The notes under the pieces are model-generated. The model made no database searches, was not told the origin of the DNA, and saw only the letters and a list, made by a program, of their open reading frames with translations. 64,000 nt of DNA from Thalia democratica (Eukaryota), in the NCBI GenBank assembly GCA_965202585.1, contig OZ241831.1, forward strand, positions 46,252,001 to 46,316,000, read 5' to 3'. Below, in pieces: positions 11,019-22,400 of the stretch. Numbering within the stretch: position 1 is the first letter of the stretch; each line of letters opens with the position of its first letter. The translations under genes were made by a program, and so were the position numbers.

Positions 11019-12734
11019 TCATTTTTTATCCCCCTCATTTGGTTTTTTTCCACATTTCTCCCTTAATGTTTGAATAATAACAACAACAATTAAGATTGTT
11101 GCTATAATTGTATAAATATGTCCTAAAAGTCCTAAGATATTCTTAATTTTCTTCCAAATCGAATATTTAATTTTTTCCAGCATGGCCCTCACATTGTTGT
11201 AGTCCATAGTATGCGTTTCTGCCAGTAATTCTTCTATGTTGATTCCATCACTTATATATTCTTCCTTGGTAATTAACAACAAGTTCTTGAGTTGCTGCTG
11301 TGTAACATCTTCTTCAGACCAAGAAACTTCTTGTAAGTCTTCATTTAGGTTTTCCTCTAAGATGTCGAAACTTTTTTCCTCTAGTTCAACATTTTTTATT
11401 GTAATCTTTTTCAGTGCTGGTATTTGATCGATTAAGGTATTGTTATTATATATTATCAAGCTGTTATTGAAACTAAATGTCTTTCGTTTAGTAGGTGTAA
11501 CTGTAGAGCTAATTTTTTCCGTAAGAAATCTTCCTTGGCGTAGTGATGTAAGCTTTGCTTCCGTGCCAGTATAGGCCACAAATAGTGGCCTATCTGACAC
11601 ATGACCATTATAATATAAATTAGGCTGCAAAACTGCTTGGACTTTTGAGCACCTCAGTTCTTTTAAAATCCCTCCTGCGAATATAGCCTGTACCTCTCTT
11701 TCGAGAAGATAAGACAAAACTTGAGATGGATTTAGACTTTGACTTCCCATAAGGGCTACTATATTTGCCCGTGCCATTTCACAGGTAACTAATTTAAAAT
11801 AGTTCCTAAAATTTTCGCTGTTCAAAAACGATCCATGTGCAATAGATGTAATTGTGGCTTGAATATTTCGTAGTGATGCTGGTATATTATCATCTGCAGT
11901 TCCAATTGGCTCAATGTTGCTTTCCTCAGGAATTTCCAGCACATGATTGGTCATTGTACAAAAAAATTTCGATTTTTTCTTTTGTTTTAGGCAGGCTAAT
12001 GATTTTGGTGAGCATTTCATCAGGTTAGATACAATTAAGTTTGTTTCGTCTAGTTCGAATAAGTTTCCTTTTGAAGTTTTATGAATTATTAGAGTTTTAT
12101 TTTCACTCCTCGGTATAGTTTCACAGGTTTTTTCTCTAGGTTCTACATAATTGATTCTCCAGTTTCCTGCTGTGCAAGTTTTGAATTTTCTACTGCAAAA
12201 CAATTTGCCCAACGATATGTGATGTAGTTCTTCTGTCACCACATTTTTTGTAATTGTTAGATAGTTTAATTCAACATTTTTTACTTCTATTAGGTTTCCA
12301 AACCATCCATATTCCGGTTCCAAAATGTTTTTCGTAGTCATGGATCCTTCCGCGTTTGGTAAGAGTCTCCCAACCGAAGTGAAGTGTCTTTGTTCCCACA
12401 ATTCACACTCCCTCTTTGTTACTAACTGGTGTTCCGTTCTTACTAAGTTGCAGACATTACTGCCGAAAAGGTAATGTATGCAGTTATAAGTATCTTTTGT
12501 CATTCTGCAAGCTTTTGCCCTTAAGTTATACATTTGGTTAAAAGGTTTAAAAACCCTTACTGGGTATATTTTAGTAGTGTTTCCTTTGTTTATGCATTTC
12601 CCAGGGGGTATAATTTTGAACTGTTGTATTACCTCATTCTTGCAAAGGTCTATATATACCTTCCTTGTTATATCTGAATAGACCATAGCTAAGCAAAGTG
12701 TTGTTATCCATAATGTTTTCATGACCAGCTTCAT
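11019..12734 (-). CDS. env: Env-like type I membrane glycoprotein, 571 aa, class III viral fusogen-like (chuvirus G / herpes gB / rhabdovirus G-like motifs)
   Basis: Hydrophobic signal peptide (MKLVMKTLWITTLCLAMVYS), Cys-rich ectodomain, N-glycosylation sequons (NTT, NKT, NNS, NNT), C-terminal TM (IYTIIATILIVVVII) and short basic tail. CRMTKDTYNCIHYLFG and NPSQVLSYLLEREVQAIFAGGILKELRC resemble class III fusogen motifs. Confidence 0.8.
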   Translation of the reverse strand: MKLVMKTLWITTLCLAMVYSDITRKVYIDLCKNEVIQQFKIIPPGKCINKGNTTKIYPVRVFKPFNQMYNLRAKACRMTKDTYNCIHYLFGSNVCNLVRTEHQLVTKRECELWEQRHFTSVGRLLPNAEGSMTTKNILEPEYGWFGNLIEVKNVELNYLTITKNVVTEELHHISLGKLFCSRKFKTCTAGNWRINYVEPREKTCETIPRSENKTLIIHKTSKGNLFELDETNLIVSNLMKCSPKSLACLKQKKKSKFFCTMTNHVLEIPEESNIEPIGTADDNIPASLRNIQATITSIAHGSFLNSENFRNYFKLVTCEMARANIVALMGSQSLNPSQVLSYLLEREVQAIFAGGILKELRCSKVQAVLQPNLYYNGHVSDRPLFVAYTGTEAKLTSLRQGRFLTEKISSTVTPTKRKTFSFNNSLIIYNNNTLIDQIPALKKITIKNVELEEKSFDILEENLNEDLQEVSWSEEDVTQQQLKNLLLITKEEYISDGINIEELLAETHTMDYNNVRAMLEKIKYSIWKKIKNILGLLGHIYTIIATILIVVVIIQTLREKCGKKPNEGDKK

Positions 12735-13126
12735 TATACTATCTACCTTCCAGCTTAAATTTTCTTATTTATAACCAAAACGAGAGAGGTGGGAGAAAAA
12801 AAAATAGTTCGCCAAAAAATTTTTTTTTTTAAATTTTTAATTTTTTATTTTTTTTTTTTTTTATTTTTTTTTTTTATTTTTATTTATTTTTTTTTTTTAT
12901 TTTTTTTTTTTGCCCAATCATCTTAGTATTGAGAGCGGAAAAATAACAACATCAAAAAATAAAATTAATAATAAGCAAGTAACTTTAACTTCCACATTAA
13001 TTATACTTCATATGATACACGGTAATTTTGTGTGACAATTTCAAGTGCTCGAGTTTAAAGTGACATGGTTATGGAATTTCTCAAAAAGAATCATATATCT
13101 GATATATACAAAATTAATACGATGGC

Positions 13127-13450
13127 TTAATTGGTCTCTCCCACCATTCCAAAATACGGTTGGTTATAAATGATGAAATACCTTAATTTCATCTCCAAAT
13201 TGAATAGTGAAATATCTTGAAAACTTATCATGTGAGTAATTCCTACAAAACCTATTGCGTACGAGCATTTCTCACTTACTTCGTTTTCAAAAAGGAAATT
13301 AAAATGGGTGCAGAAATTTTTTATCATATTACTGTTTGAACATTCATATAAATGAAAATTTTTATGTAAGAATTCTTTAAAGTTCTCATTCGAATTTATA
13401 TAATTATAGAAGTCTTCTCCATATACGGGGTTAATCATAAGTAAGAACAT
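13127..13450 (-). CDS. Possible small 107-aa retroelement cargo ORF, unknown function
   Basis: ATG-initiated ORF on the element sense strand, long for this AT-rich region, followed by an A-rich tract. No homology recognised. Confidence 0.35.
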   Translation of the reverse strand: MFLLMINPVYGEDFYNYINSNENFKEFLHKNFHLYECSNSNMIKNFCTHFNFLFENEVSEKCSYAIGFVGITHMISFQDISLFNLEMKLRYFIIYNQPYFGMVGETN

Positions 13451-14205
13451 TACAATTTTATCTAAAATAGTTATAATTTTTAGGGTGATTACTAATCAAT
13501 ATGCCTACAATAAATTTTACTTTGCTAAATTAGCTCAATTAAATTGAAGATGTAAAAATAAAATAAAAAAATAAAAAAAATTAGTGAGGGATGGAATAAC
13601 AATATGGCTAAAAAAAATACAAAACAAAACATTTTCTGAGGTAAAACTACTTAATTAATTCAGTAATTCATAAAAAACTATAAACTTGTGTTTCGTAATT
13701 ATAAATATAGACAATCATATTTAAACATTCATTTTTATTATTAATTATATCTGCTTATTTGCTATTTAAATCTAAAAAAAAATAACAGATATTATGATAT
13801 TGAAATTCAATATTATTTAAAGTTAAGTAATTAGAAAAATTACATAAAAAACAAAAAACTTATAACAAAACCTAAATATTGTTTTTTCAATTTTGTAATA
13901 AACTTGATGTCCGTTTTTCCATGACCCTTTCAACTTCGTCGTTTTTTTTCTGACAGATGTCTCGTGGAATTGTCAAGCAAAAAGGTATATTCTTGTCTTC
14001 ATCATGGACGTTTGAATTTAAAAGCAAAGTTTCTTTCGTAGAAACATCATCATAAAAAAATATTTCATTTGGAGTATCTTTTTCCAAATATTTTCGAGCA
14101 GTTTAGCTCGGAATGTTTTCATAGTTCAACTATCTTTATAAAATAATAAATATTTTTATTTCTATTTAAGAAGTTTAATTAATTTCTATTTAGGTGAGTT
14201 CCCTC

Positions 14206-14505
14206 TCAACTTATTCGTCCCCACATATCTTCCATATCAACTTATTCGTCTCCACACATATTCCATATTAACTTTTTCGTCTCCACACTTCTTCCATATC
14301 AACTTATTCGTCTCCACACATATTCCATATCAACTTATTCGTCTCCACACATATTCCATATCAACTTATTCGTCTCCACACTTCTTCCATATCAACTTAT
14401 TCGTCCCCACACATATTCCATATTAACTTATTCGTCTCCACACATATTCCATATCAACATATTCGTCCCCACACATATTCCATATCAACTTATTCGTCCC
14501 CACAC
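14206..14505. repeat. 31-bp minisatellite (TCAACTTATTCGTC(T/C)CCACACATATTCCATA), about 9.7 copies, inside the retroelement
   Basis: Directly visible tandem array between gag-pol and env. Confidence 0.95.
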
Positions 14506-17500
14506 AACGACTATCTTTCAGTTAATATTACTGGAGCTGATTACCCTTCCAAACTTAAAAAAAATTTTACCTCACATAAAATGATAAATATTTCTGAGTT
14601 CAGCCAACGAAGTTCGTTTAAAATATTGACAAATTGATAAGTTTCATTATGTAGTGTCACGGGAATAGAATTGCATCCTCCAGACTACTAACTTTTAGTT
14701 TTTTATTTGTTTAAAGTTTATTTATTAAATGTTTTTTTTTTTATGTTTAACATAATGTCATGATTTGACAACTTTAAAACACTTGATTTGTGGTTATTCT
14801 ACTGGCTTAAAATAAAAAACTATATTTATATTATTTTTATGATATACGATGCACTAAGATTAATATAATTAAGTGAATACTTAAATTCACTGTTAACATG
14901 CCATGCGAGGTTGTTTACGAGTTAAGTAGTTAAACTAGCAATTAAAAAAAAAAAAGACCAGAACTTTGCGCTTTTTTAAAAAAAAACAAAATTTCTTCAT
15001 CATAAATGAATAACATCAACAATATATATATACAAAAAAAAAAAAAAAAATAAGATAAATTAATATGAAAACTACAACAGGCAGACTATACATATAGTAA
15101 CTATAAATCATAATATATTTCTAAGCATGACATAATGAGAATAAACTTAATAAGTAATTTGTAGTTTAAGACAATGAAATTTCTACATCGATGCTCAAAC
15201 CCATAAAATGCCTTATGCATAATATCAACATAACTGTTACCTAAACAAATCACAACCGCTTGTGAAGCTATAATCAAAAGTTTATATACTTATTTTTTAT
15301 ACACTTTTTAAGCAAACATTAGTGGAATTTTTTTAGACATTAAGTAAGATTGTTAAAAAATAGATAAAGCTACCCAAACTTTATATTTTTTTTATAATTC
15401 ATTTTAATAAACTTAATTAATAAGTTATTAAAGCAAAATATTTATTATATTATTTAGATAATTTAATGAAAATAATTAAATGATAACAGTTTTTTAATCT
15501 AAATTCACAGAAATATGTTTGATAGTTATTGTATCATTATAGCAATCAATAGTTAAATATTAAATGTATTAATTAACTTTTTACTAAATTATCATTATAA
15601 CTTTATCAATAGATAAAAATCACTTTAAGTTATCAAAATAGCTTTAACCCTACAGAGAAAACTAATTATTAAACTAGAAGTTTGCCGTACAATGTGACGT
15701 AATATATCAACAAATTGAGTAAGTATTTCTTTTAAAATTATGTTACAAGAGACTAATAAGACAATTAGTTAATAAAATTAAGTGTTTTGGTAAGAAAAAC
15801 TTTATAGTACTTTTAGGTTCTGTTTTGTTATCGATTTAAAGTCAAACGCCATACTAAATAAATTAAAGCCAGATGTTATGAAAATTTAACAATTGTTATT
15901 TACTCCTAACGTTTTAGATTTTATCGATAAGAAAATAAAATCCGAGTGAAATTTAAATTGATAAGAAAGTTTAACTTTTACGACAGTAACTATAAAAAAT
16001 TATCAGATGCTTGTAAAACGAAAATAGCAAGTTTTATTTTGTTATTGTTTGAAAAATTTATTTTTAACAATTTTTTATGTGAAAATTTACAAGAACTGTC
16101 AATCATTACTCCTATTTGTTTATGATTAAAGTACATTTTTACTGCTGTAACTTATTCTTAAAAAAAATTCGATTTTTTATACGACGGGAATTTTATCACA
16201 AACAGGTGCGGTTAAATAATTTAAACTCCTTCCGTTGTGTTAACAATCTTTAAAACATTGTTAAAAAAGATTTAAAGTTAGGCTATAAGATTGTATTGTA
16301 ATAATTTAAAGTTTGAAAATAAATATTCTTAAAGTTATTAAGTATTGTGTAGTTATTATACACAAATTGTAATTAGAATATACTAAAACATTCTAAACTT
16401 CTTATATTCTTAATGAAAATCCACTAACAAAAATAATAGCGACATAATTATACACATGACATAGTTAAATAGTTAAATGTAAACAACAAAACTTTTTTAT
16501 TTTTTTTTATTAAATAATATTTGAAACTTTTTTATGTTTTTTTTATCTTTTAATTTTATATTTTTCTTATTTATTCTTTATTTTACCAACTAAACATATG
16601 AAAATAAAATAACTTAAAATTTAGTATATTGAGTAACAAAAAAACATTTAAATGTTTTGATTATTTTGAACAAAATGAATCTAATAAATATTAGTTTGCA
16701 CTTAAGCAAAATCGAAGTTACCTAACTATACATTATGTCAAAATTATATAAAAAATCATTTTATAAATATTATCACTGTTCTGTTTAATTATTATCATCT
16801 CTAATATCTCGTATCAATATTTTATAGTTACGGTGTTAAACATAACAACACATCAAAAAAAATTAAAAAAAAAATTTCTAGTTTTAAGAATTGAAGTCTA
16901 TAATGATAACAATAATTATTGAGTGAAGTCATAACTGTTAATATTATTCGTAAAGTAATTTGTTTTAAAACGCAGGATAACGTTTGATGTGTTTAAATGT
17001 GTTTCTAATAATGTTCCTCTATTTTTTCAAATGAAAGTATTCAATTTTAATTAACCCACATACTACAATAACATATAAGCTTAAACTTTGGATAATAAAT
17101 TATAATTTAAGCAACATATATTTGTTTAATAATATAAAATTTCAACATCTCTACTTATTGTTTATTTAATTATAATACCAAGTAGTAATAATAAAAAATA
17201 TATAAAAAAAAATTATCTAAATAATGAAAAAATAAAATAGTTACTAACAGTTTAATTGATTTCTTCCGAATGAGCTGAATTATGTAGAAACAAGATTTCT
17301 TCAAAACTGGTCTAAAAGTTATTCCTATTCGTCTGCATCGTGACCTTCCTTTCATATTCCCTCACGCGCAGAATCAATAAGTATCCTAGATGTTGTCCTG
17401 CTTCCTGTCGATCGCTTAAATTTTCCTAAATGTTTCATAATCGACTATTTAACACTATTTCCCGCTAAGTCTACTGTGGCTCTGCATAATTTTTAGTTTC

Positions 17501-19403
17501 CATGTTCTAACTTAGGTCCAACGATAAGAAAAAGTAATGTATTTGACCTCTCCCAATTTCTAGAATAGATTTTCTAAAAATAGTGTTAAGCTCTGCTGTC
17601 CATTTTCTATACTTCATAAAGCTTCATATGGCCAACAAACAAATACGTAAAAATGTTTATCCACCAAAATTTTGTTTTCCATGTTCTCCTTTTAGGCCCA
17701 ACGATAAGAAAGGATAAAAGTTAATATAAAAGTAAAAACTACTGCCTTATTGAAGTATGAAATTGACGTGTTGTAAAACAACGCGTACTTTATTAATTGA
17801 TTATTATTCGCAACTCAAGAATTTAAATTATGGTACTATAATTTATCATAGATTAAAACATTTTTAAAATCATTAACAATTAAGTTAACATAAGTAGTGA
17901 GATTTCCTTACAAATATGTAATAATATAAAAAAAATAATATAATAATATTTAACTCTTTACTATTATAATACATATTTAACAAAACACAAAAAAAATCTC
18001 AGTATGCTACATATAATTCTAATGTAACTAAAAAAAATTTTGAAGTCTGAGCTTTCCTTTCAGTTGATTTTTTTTATAAATGTTTCTTGAAAAGCAGATA
18101 TATATGATCACAACAAAAGAAAAAAATCTTAAATATCTTCTATCAAAATTGTAACTACTTGATAAAAGTTTAATTATCTTCAGTTTCTTGTTCAATTGAA
18201 TTCCCCTGACTCCTATACTTGAAATAATTCAATTTTGAATAAGTTGAAAAGTTTAACTTAATAAAAGCACTCAAGTTTTCTTAGCTTCTTAAATGATCCA
18301 AGTGCTGGCAAAATAAATTTATGCCACAACTTTTTAAATATTTAAATTTAAAAAGTTTTGTGTAAACATTTTCATTAATCTAACAATTTCTAATTTTAAG
18401 TATCGCGTTTTTTATTTTTTTTAATTTTATTATATTTTATTTATCTAAATAGTTACAAATATTAATCAATTATTCGCCGACAAGCTAAAAATTTATACTA
18501 AATAATATCAGCTGGGAATATTATTACAAAATAAAACAAAATAAAAACATTTATTTTTCAAAATCCTTCAAAAAATTTAAAAAATTTGTTTCACTAATTA
18601 TATTCCCATGTTAATTAAATGTCACAATTTCGAATACAAATCCTTTGTGTATAACATCGCATATTAAAAAAATTAAAATATTCGTTTGCACTTATTAACA
18701 AAATTTATTAAAAAACAAATTTTATTCAAAAGCTAATTTATTATTCTCATGCTTTACTAATTTCTATTGACAAAAAGTTTCATATTATATTACAAAGGTG
18801 TTAAATGAAAGCTATAGCATCTTATGCATTTATATAACATGTTAAATAAAATCTGAAACAATATTTATTTACTCATGCCCATCGATGCTTTATACTCGTA
18901 ACATCGATACAAGATTTATAAATACTGTTAATACATAATATAATACATTATTCTAAAATTGATAGTTTATAATATTAATTATTCAAAAAATTTTTTTATA
19001 AGTTTTATGATTTTTGGAAATTTTTATTAATTTTTATTATTTTTTTTATATTTTTTATTTTTATTTTATTTTATTTTATTTTTATTAAAAATTTTTTTAT
19101 TATTATTTATGGAAAAAATAAAAAAAAATTAATTACATGCAATAAGATGAAAAAGTAACACAACAAGTTGATTACAATCGCTTGTTTAGGCTTAAACAGG
19201 CCTTACTAAATTAACACAAAAAAAATCTTAATAAATAAGTATTTCGCACTCAATTGCTTATTGTAACGAATCACACAGCTATGCTTTAATATTAAAACTA
19301 TTTTTATATATCATGCTAACTAAAACAATATTGTACGAATAAAATATTTTGAACATGTCAATCTGATTAATGTTAGTTCCTACTCTCAATTCAAAACTTA
19401 CTT

Positions 19404-22400
19404 TTAATCGGATTCATCGTATGTGGTAGTGTCTATATCTGCGTAGTTTAGTTCAATATTTCTTTCCCTCAAATTGTATGCAGCCGTAGGTCCCAATTTG
19501 TTACCCTCCGCGTCGAGTTCCTCACGAGGGAAATACCCTTTTACGTTTCTTAATGAGACTTTTATCGGTTTACCATTTTTTTCTATGATCATGGAGTGAT
19601 CGGAATAAGAAAGTATTGGGTACGGGCCGTGATATTGTGCACTCAGATGTGATTTATTCTTTTTTCGAATCCACACTTTCTCACAGTCAAAAAGACCAGG
19701 CTCATAATAAGTATGCTTTTCTGTGTAGCATTTATGTTTTCTATATGCATTCGACATCGTATGAAGGAAGAAATTTGTTTCATAAGTGTCAATCTCCTTA
19801 TGGTTGTTGCTGACCTTGTTGAAAAATATCCTACCACTTATATTCGTGCACGTTCCTAATGCTAATTGCGACGGAGTAAACAGATTCCCTTCAATAAACG
19901 AGTTGTTAATGGATGTAGTTATCAGAGGTAAGAGCATAGACCATTTTTCTTTATCGACTAACGTTCTTAATGCAACATTAATACTTCTGTGTTGTCTTTC
20001 AACAAAACCATTACTTTCCGGACTATAAGGTGGTACGTATCGATGGTCTATACCTAATTGTTGGAATACTTCCTTGAGAAGGCTATTATTAAACTCACAT
20101 CCATTGTCTGTGACAATAACTTGTGGTACTCCAAAAATCCCGCACCACGATTGTATCAGCGCATTTTTTACTGTCTGAGCTTTCTTATTAGGTAAAGGTG
20201 TAGTAACCAAAAATCCGGTACCTCTGTCTTTGATAGTCATAATATATTTGTTATCATCTGAAATTACATTCATTGGACCAATAAGATCCACATGAATAAA
20301 TTGGAAACGTTCTGTATTCTTTGGATACAGACCTATTTTAGGTCTATTGTGTCTAAAAGTTTTAGTAGCTTGGCACTCGGCACAGCTCTTACACCAATAT
20401 TTTATGTCAGTCTTCAAAGTTGGCCACCAGTAATCCTTTGCAGTCGCTATTATAGATCTTTCTACTCCCAAATGTAGATATCCGTGAGCTAATTCAAATG
20501 CTGTCAAACGTAATATCGAGGGTAAGATTATACGTTGGTTATCTCCTTCTTGGATTACTGCTAAGTCCTCCGATCCCACATATTTTATTTCCTTTTTTAA
20601 TTCTTTGGCTTTCTTTAATAATAAAGGTTCGTTTTTTTGAAGTTGGGCTATTTCTAACTTATTTAATGATGCCGCTGTTATTAACTCTTCTTCATTTTCA
20701 GTCAGATCATCATCTGTGTCAGAACAGCTCAAATCTGTGTTTGAGTTATGAACATAGTCTGGATCGTTATCTTGTAGGGCTATGTGCATGGATGTGCTAT
20801 GAGGTGGTCTGCTTAATATATCGGCTACTATGTTATCGGCACCAGCTATATGTTTTATAAAAGGGTTAAACTCCTTGATTGCCGCGATGTAACGTTGTTC
20901 CATTGGTGACTGATCTTTAATTGGATTTGTGATTGCTTTTTCTACTGACTGACTGTCGGTCCTAATAATAAGTTCACGACCAATTATCCTACTTTGAAAA
21001 TGTTTCAAACTTAAATACAGAGCCCTTAGTTCTTTATAAAAAGTAGATCTATATCTCTTAAGGCTAGGAAGTTTTTTTGAAAAGAACGCAAGAGGCCTTT
21101 TATTTCCATCTATTCCTTCCTGCTCCAACACCGCCCCCACATGAGTTTCGGATGCGTCTGAGTATAATATTAATGGCATATTGTGATCTTCATAAGCTAA
21201 GGTTGCTGCCTTTGCCAACACCTTCAATGTATCCTTATATGCATTAATTTGGAATTGATTTAGTTTTAGTGGTTTTTTGTTAGTAGCTTTGGGTCCTCCA
21301 GACAATTCGTTAAGTGGTGCTATGATTTCAGATAATCTTGGAATGTGATGGTAATAATAATTGACTAAACCGATGAATCTTTTTAGTTCCTTTCTATTTG
21401 TTGGCCTCGGTAAATTAATAATTGCTTCCACTTTGCTATCCATGACACCTATACCATCGGCTCCAATTGAATGTCCTAAAAAGTCTACTTTTGATTCTGC
21501 TATTATACACTTCTTAGCGTTCAAATACAGTCCACTATCTTGTAATGTTTGAAGCACCTTTCTAAGATGCAATTCGTGATCTTTTTTAGTTTCACTAAAA
21601 ACAAGTATGTCATCCAGATAAACATAAACAAAACCTGTGCAAGGAGTCAAAATATCTTCCATCATCATCTGAAAACGCATCGGCGCATTCATGAGGCCAA
21701 ATGTTGTGCGATGAGGGATAAACACACCATGATGAGCAATTATAGCAGCATATTTTTGAGAGTTTGGGTGAATTGGAAGACTGTAGTACGCTTCTTTTAA
21801 GTCAAGACAGGAAAAAATTTTTGACCCATTTGGAATAAACTCAGGAAGCTCATCAATGCGAGGCAATGGGTATGAGATTGGGTTTGTGTGGGCATTTAAG
21901 GTTGTATAATCTATGCAGATTCTTATATTTCCATCCTTTTTTGGTACCATCGTAATTGGTGATACATATATTGCTTCTTGTCCTCTTGACATTGCCCCTC
22001 TTATTATTAAATCGTTAAAATTTTCCTCAACTATTTTACGTCTCATTCCGTTGCATTTACGTGCTTTAATCATTCTTGGTACTAGATTATTTACTTTTAT
22101 CTCAAGTGAATGTCCATGTTTAACTGGTTTATTGTAATCTGGTTCCATCGTAAGTTCTTTGAACTCCTCAAGTATGCTTTTTATATTGTTTTTGTCATCT
22201 GATTTCTCTTGGTAACTAGTTATTTTGAGTTTTTTACATGGTCCCTCAGCAGCTGTGGTTAATTCCCCAGCTGTATATAGTCTGGCTTTACGATTTAAAT
22301 TGTATTCAAGAATTTCGGAAGTGTGAGGTGAAATAATTAGTTTGTTAGCTTTGAGTATATCCAATCCAATAATTCCATAGTCCCCCGATTCCTTGGTAAC

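Noticed and set aside
5892-14505. CRISPR-like interpretation of the 15-, 31- and 89-bp arrays
   Set aside because: Units are head-to-tail with no unique spacers, the context is eukaryotic and there are no cas genes.
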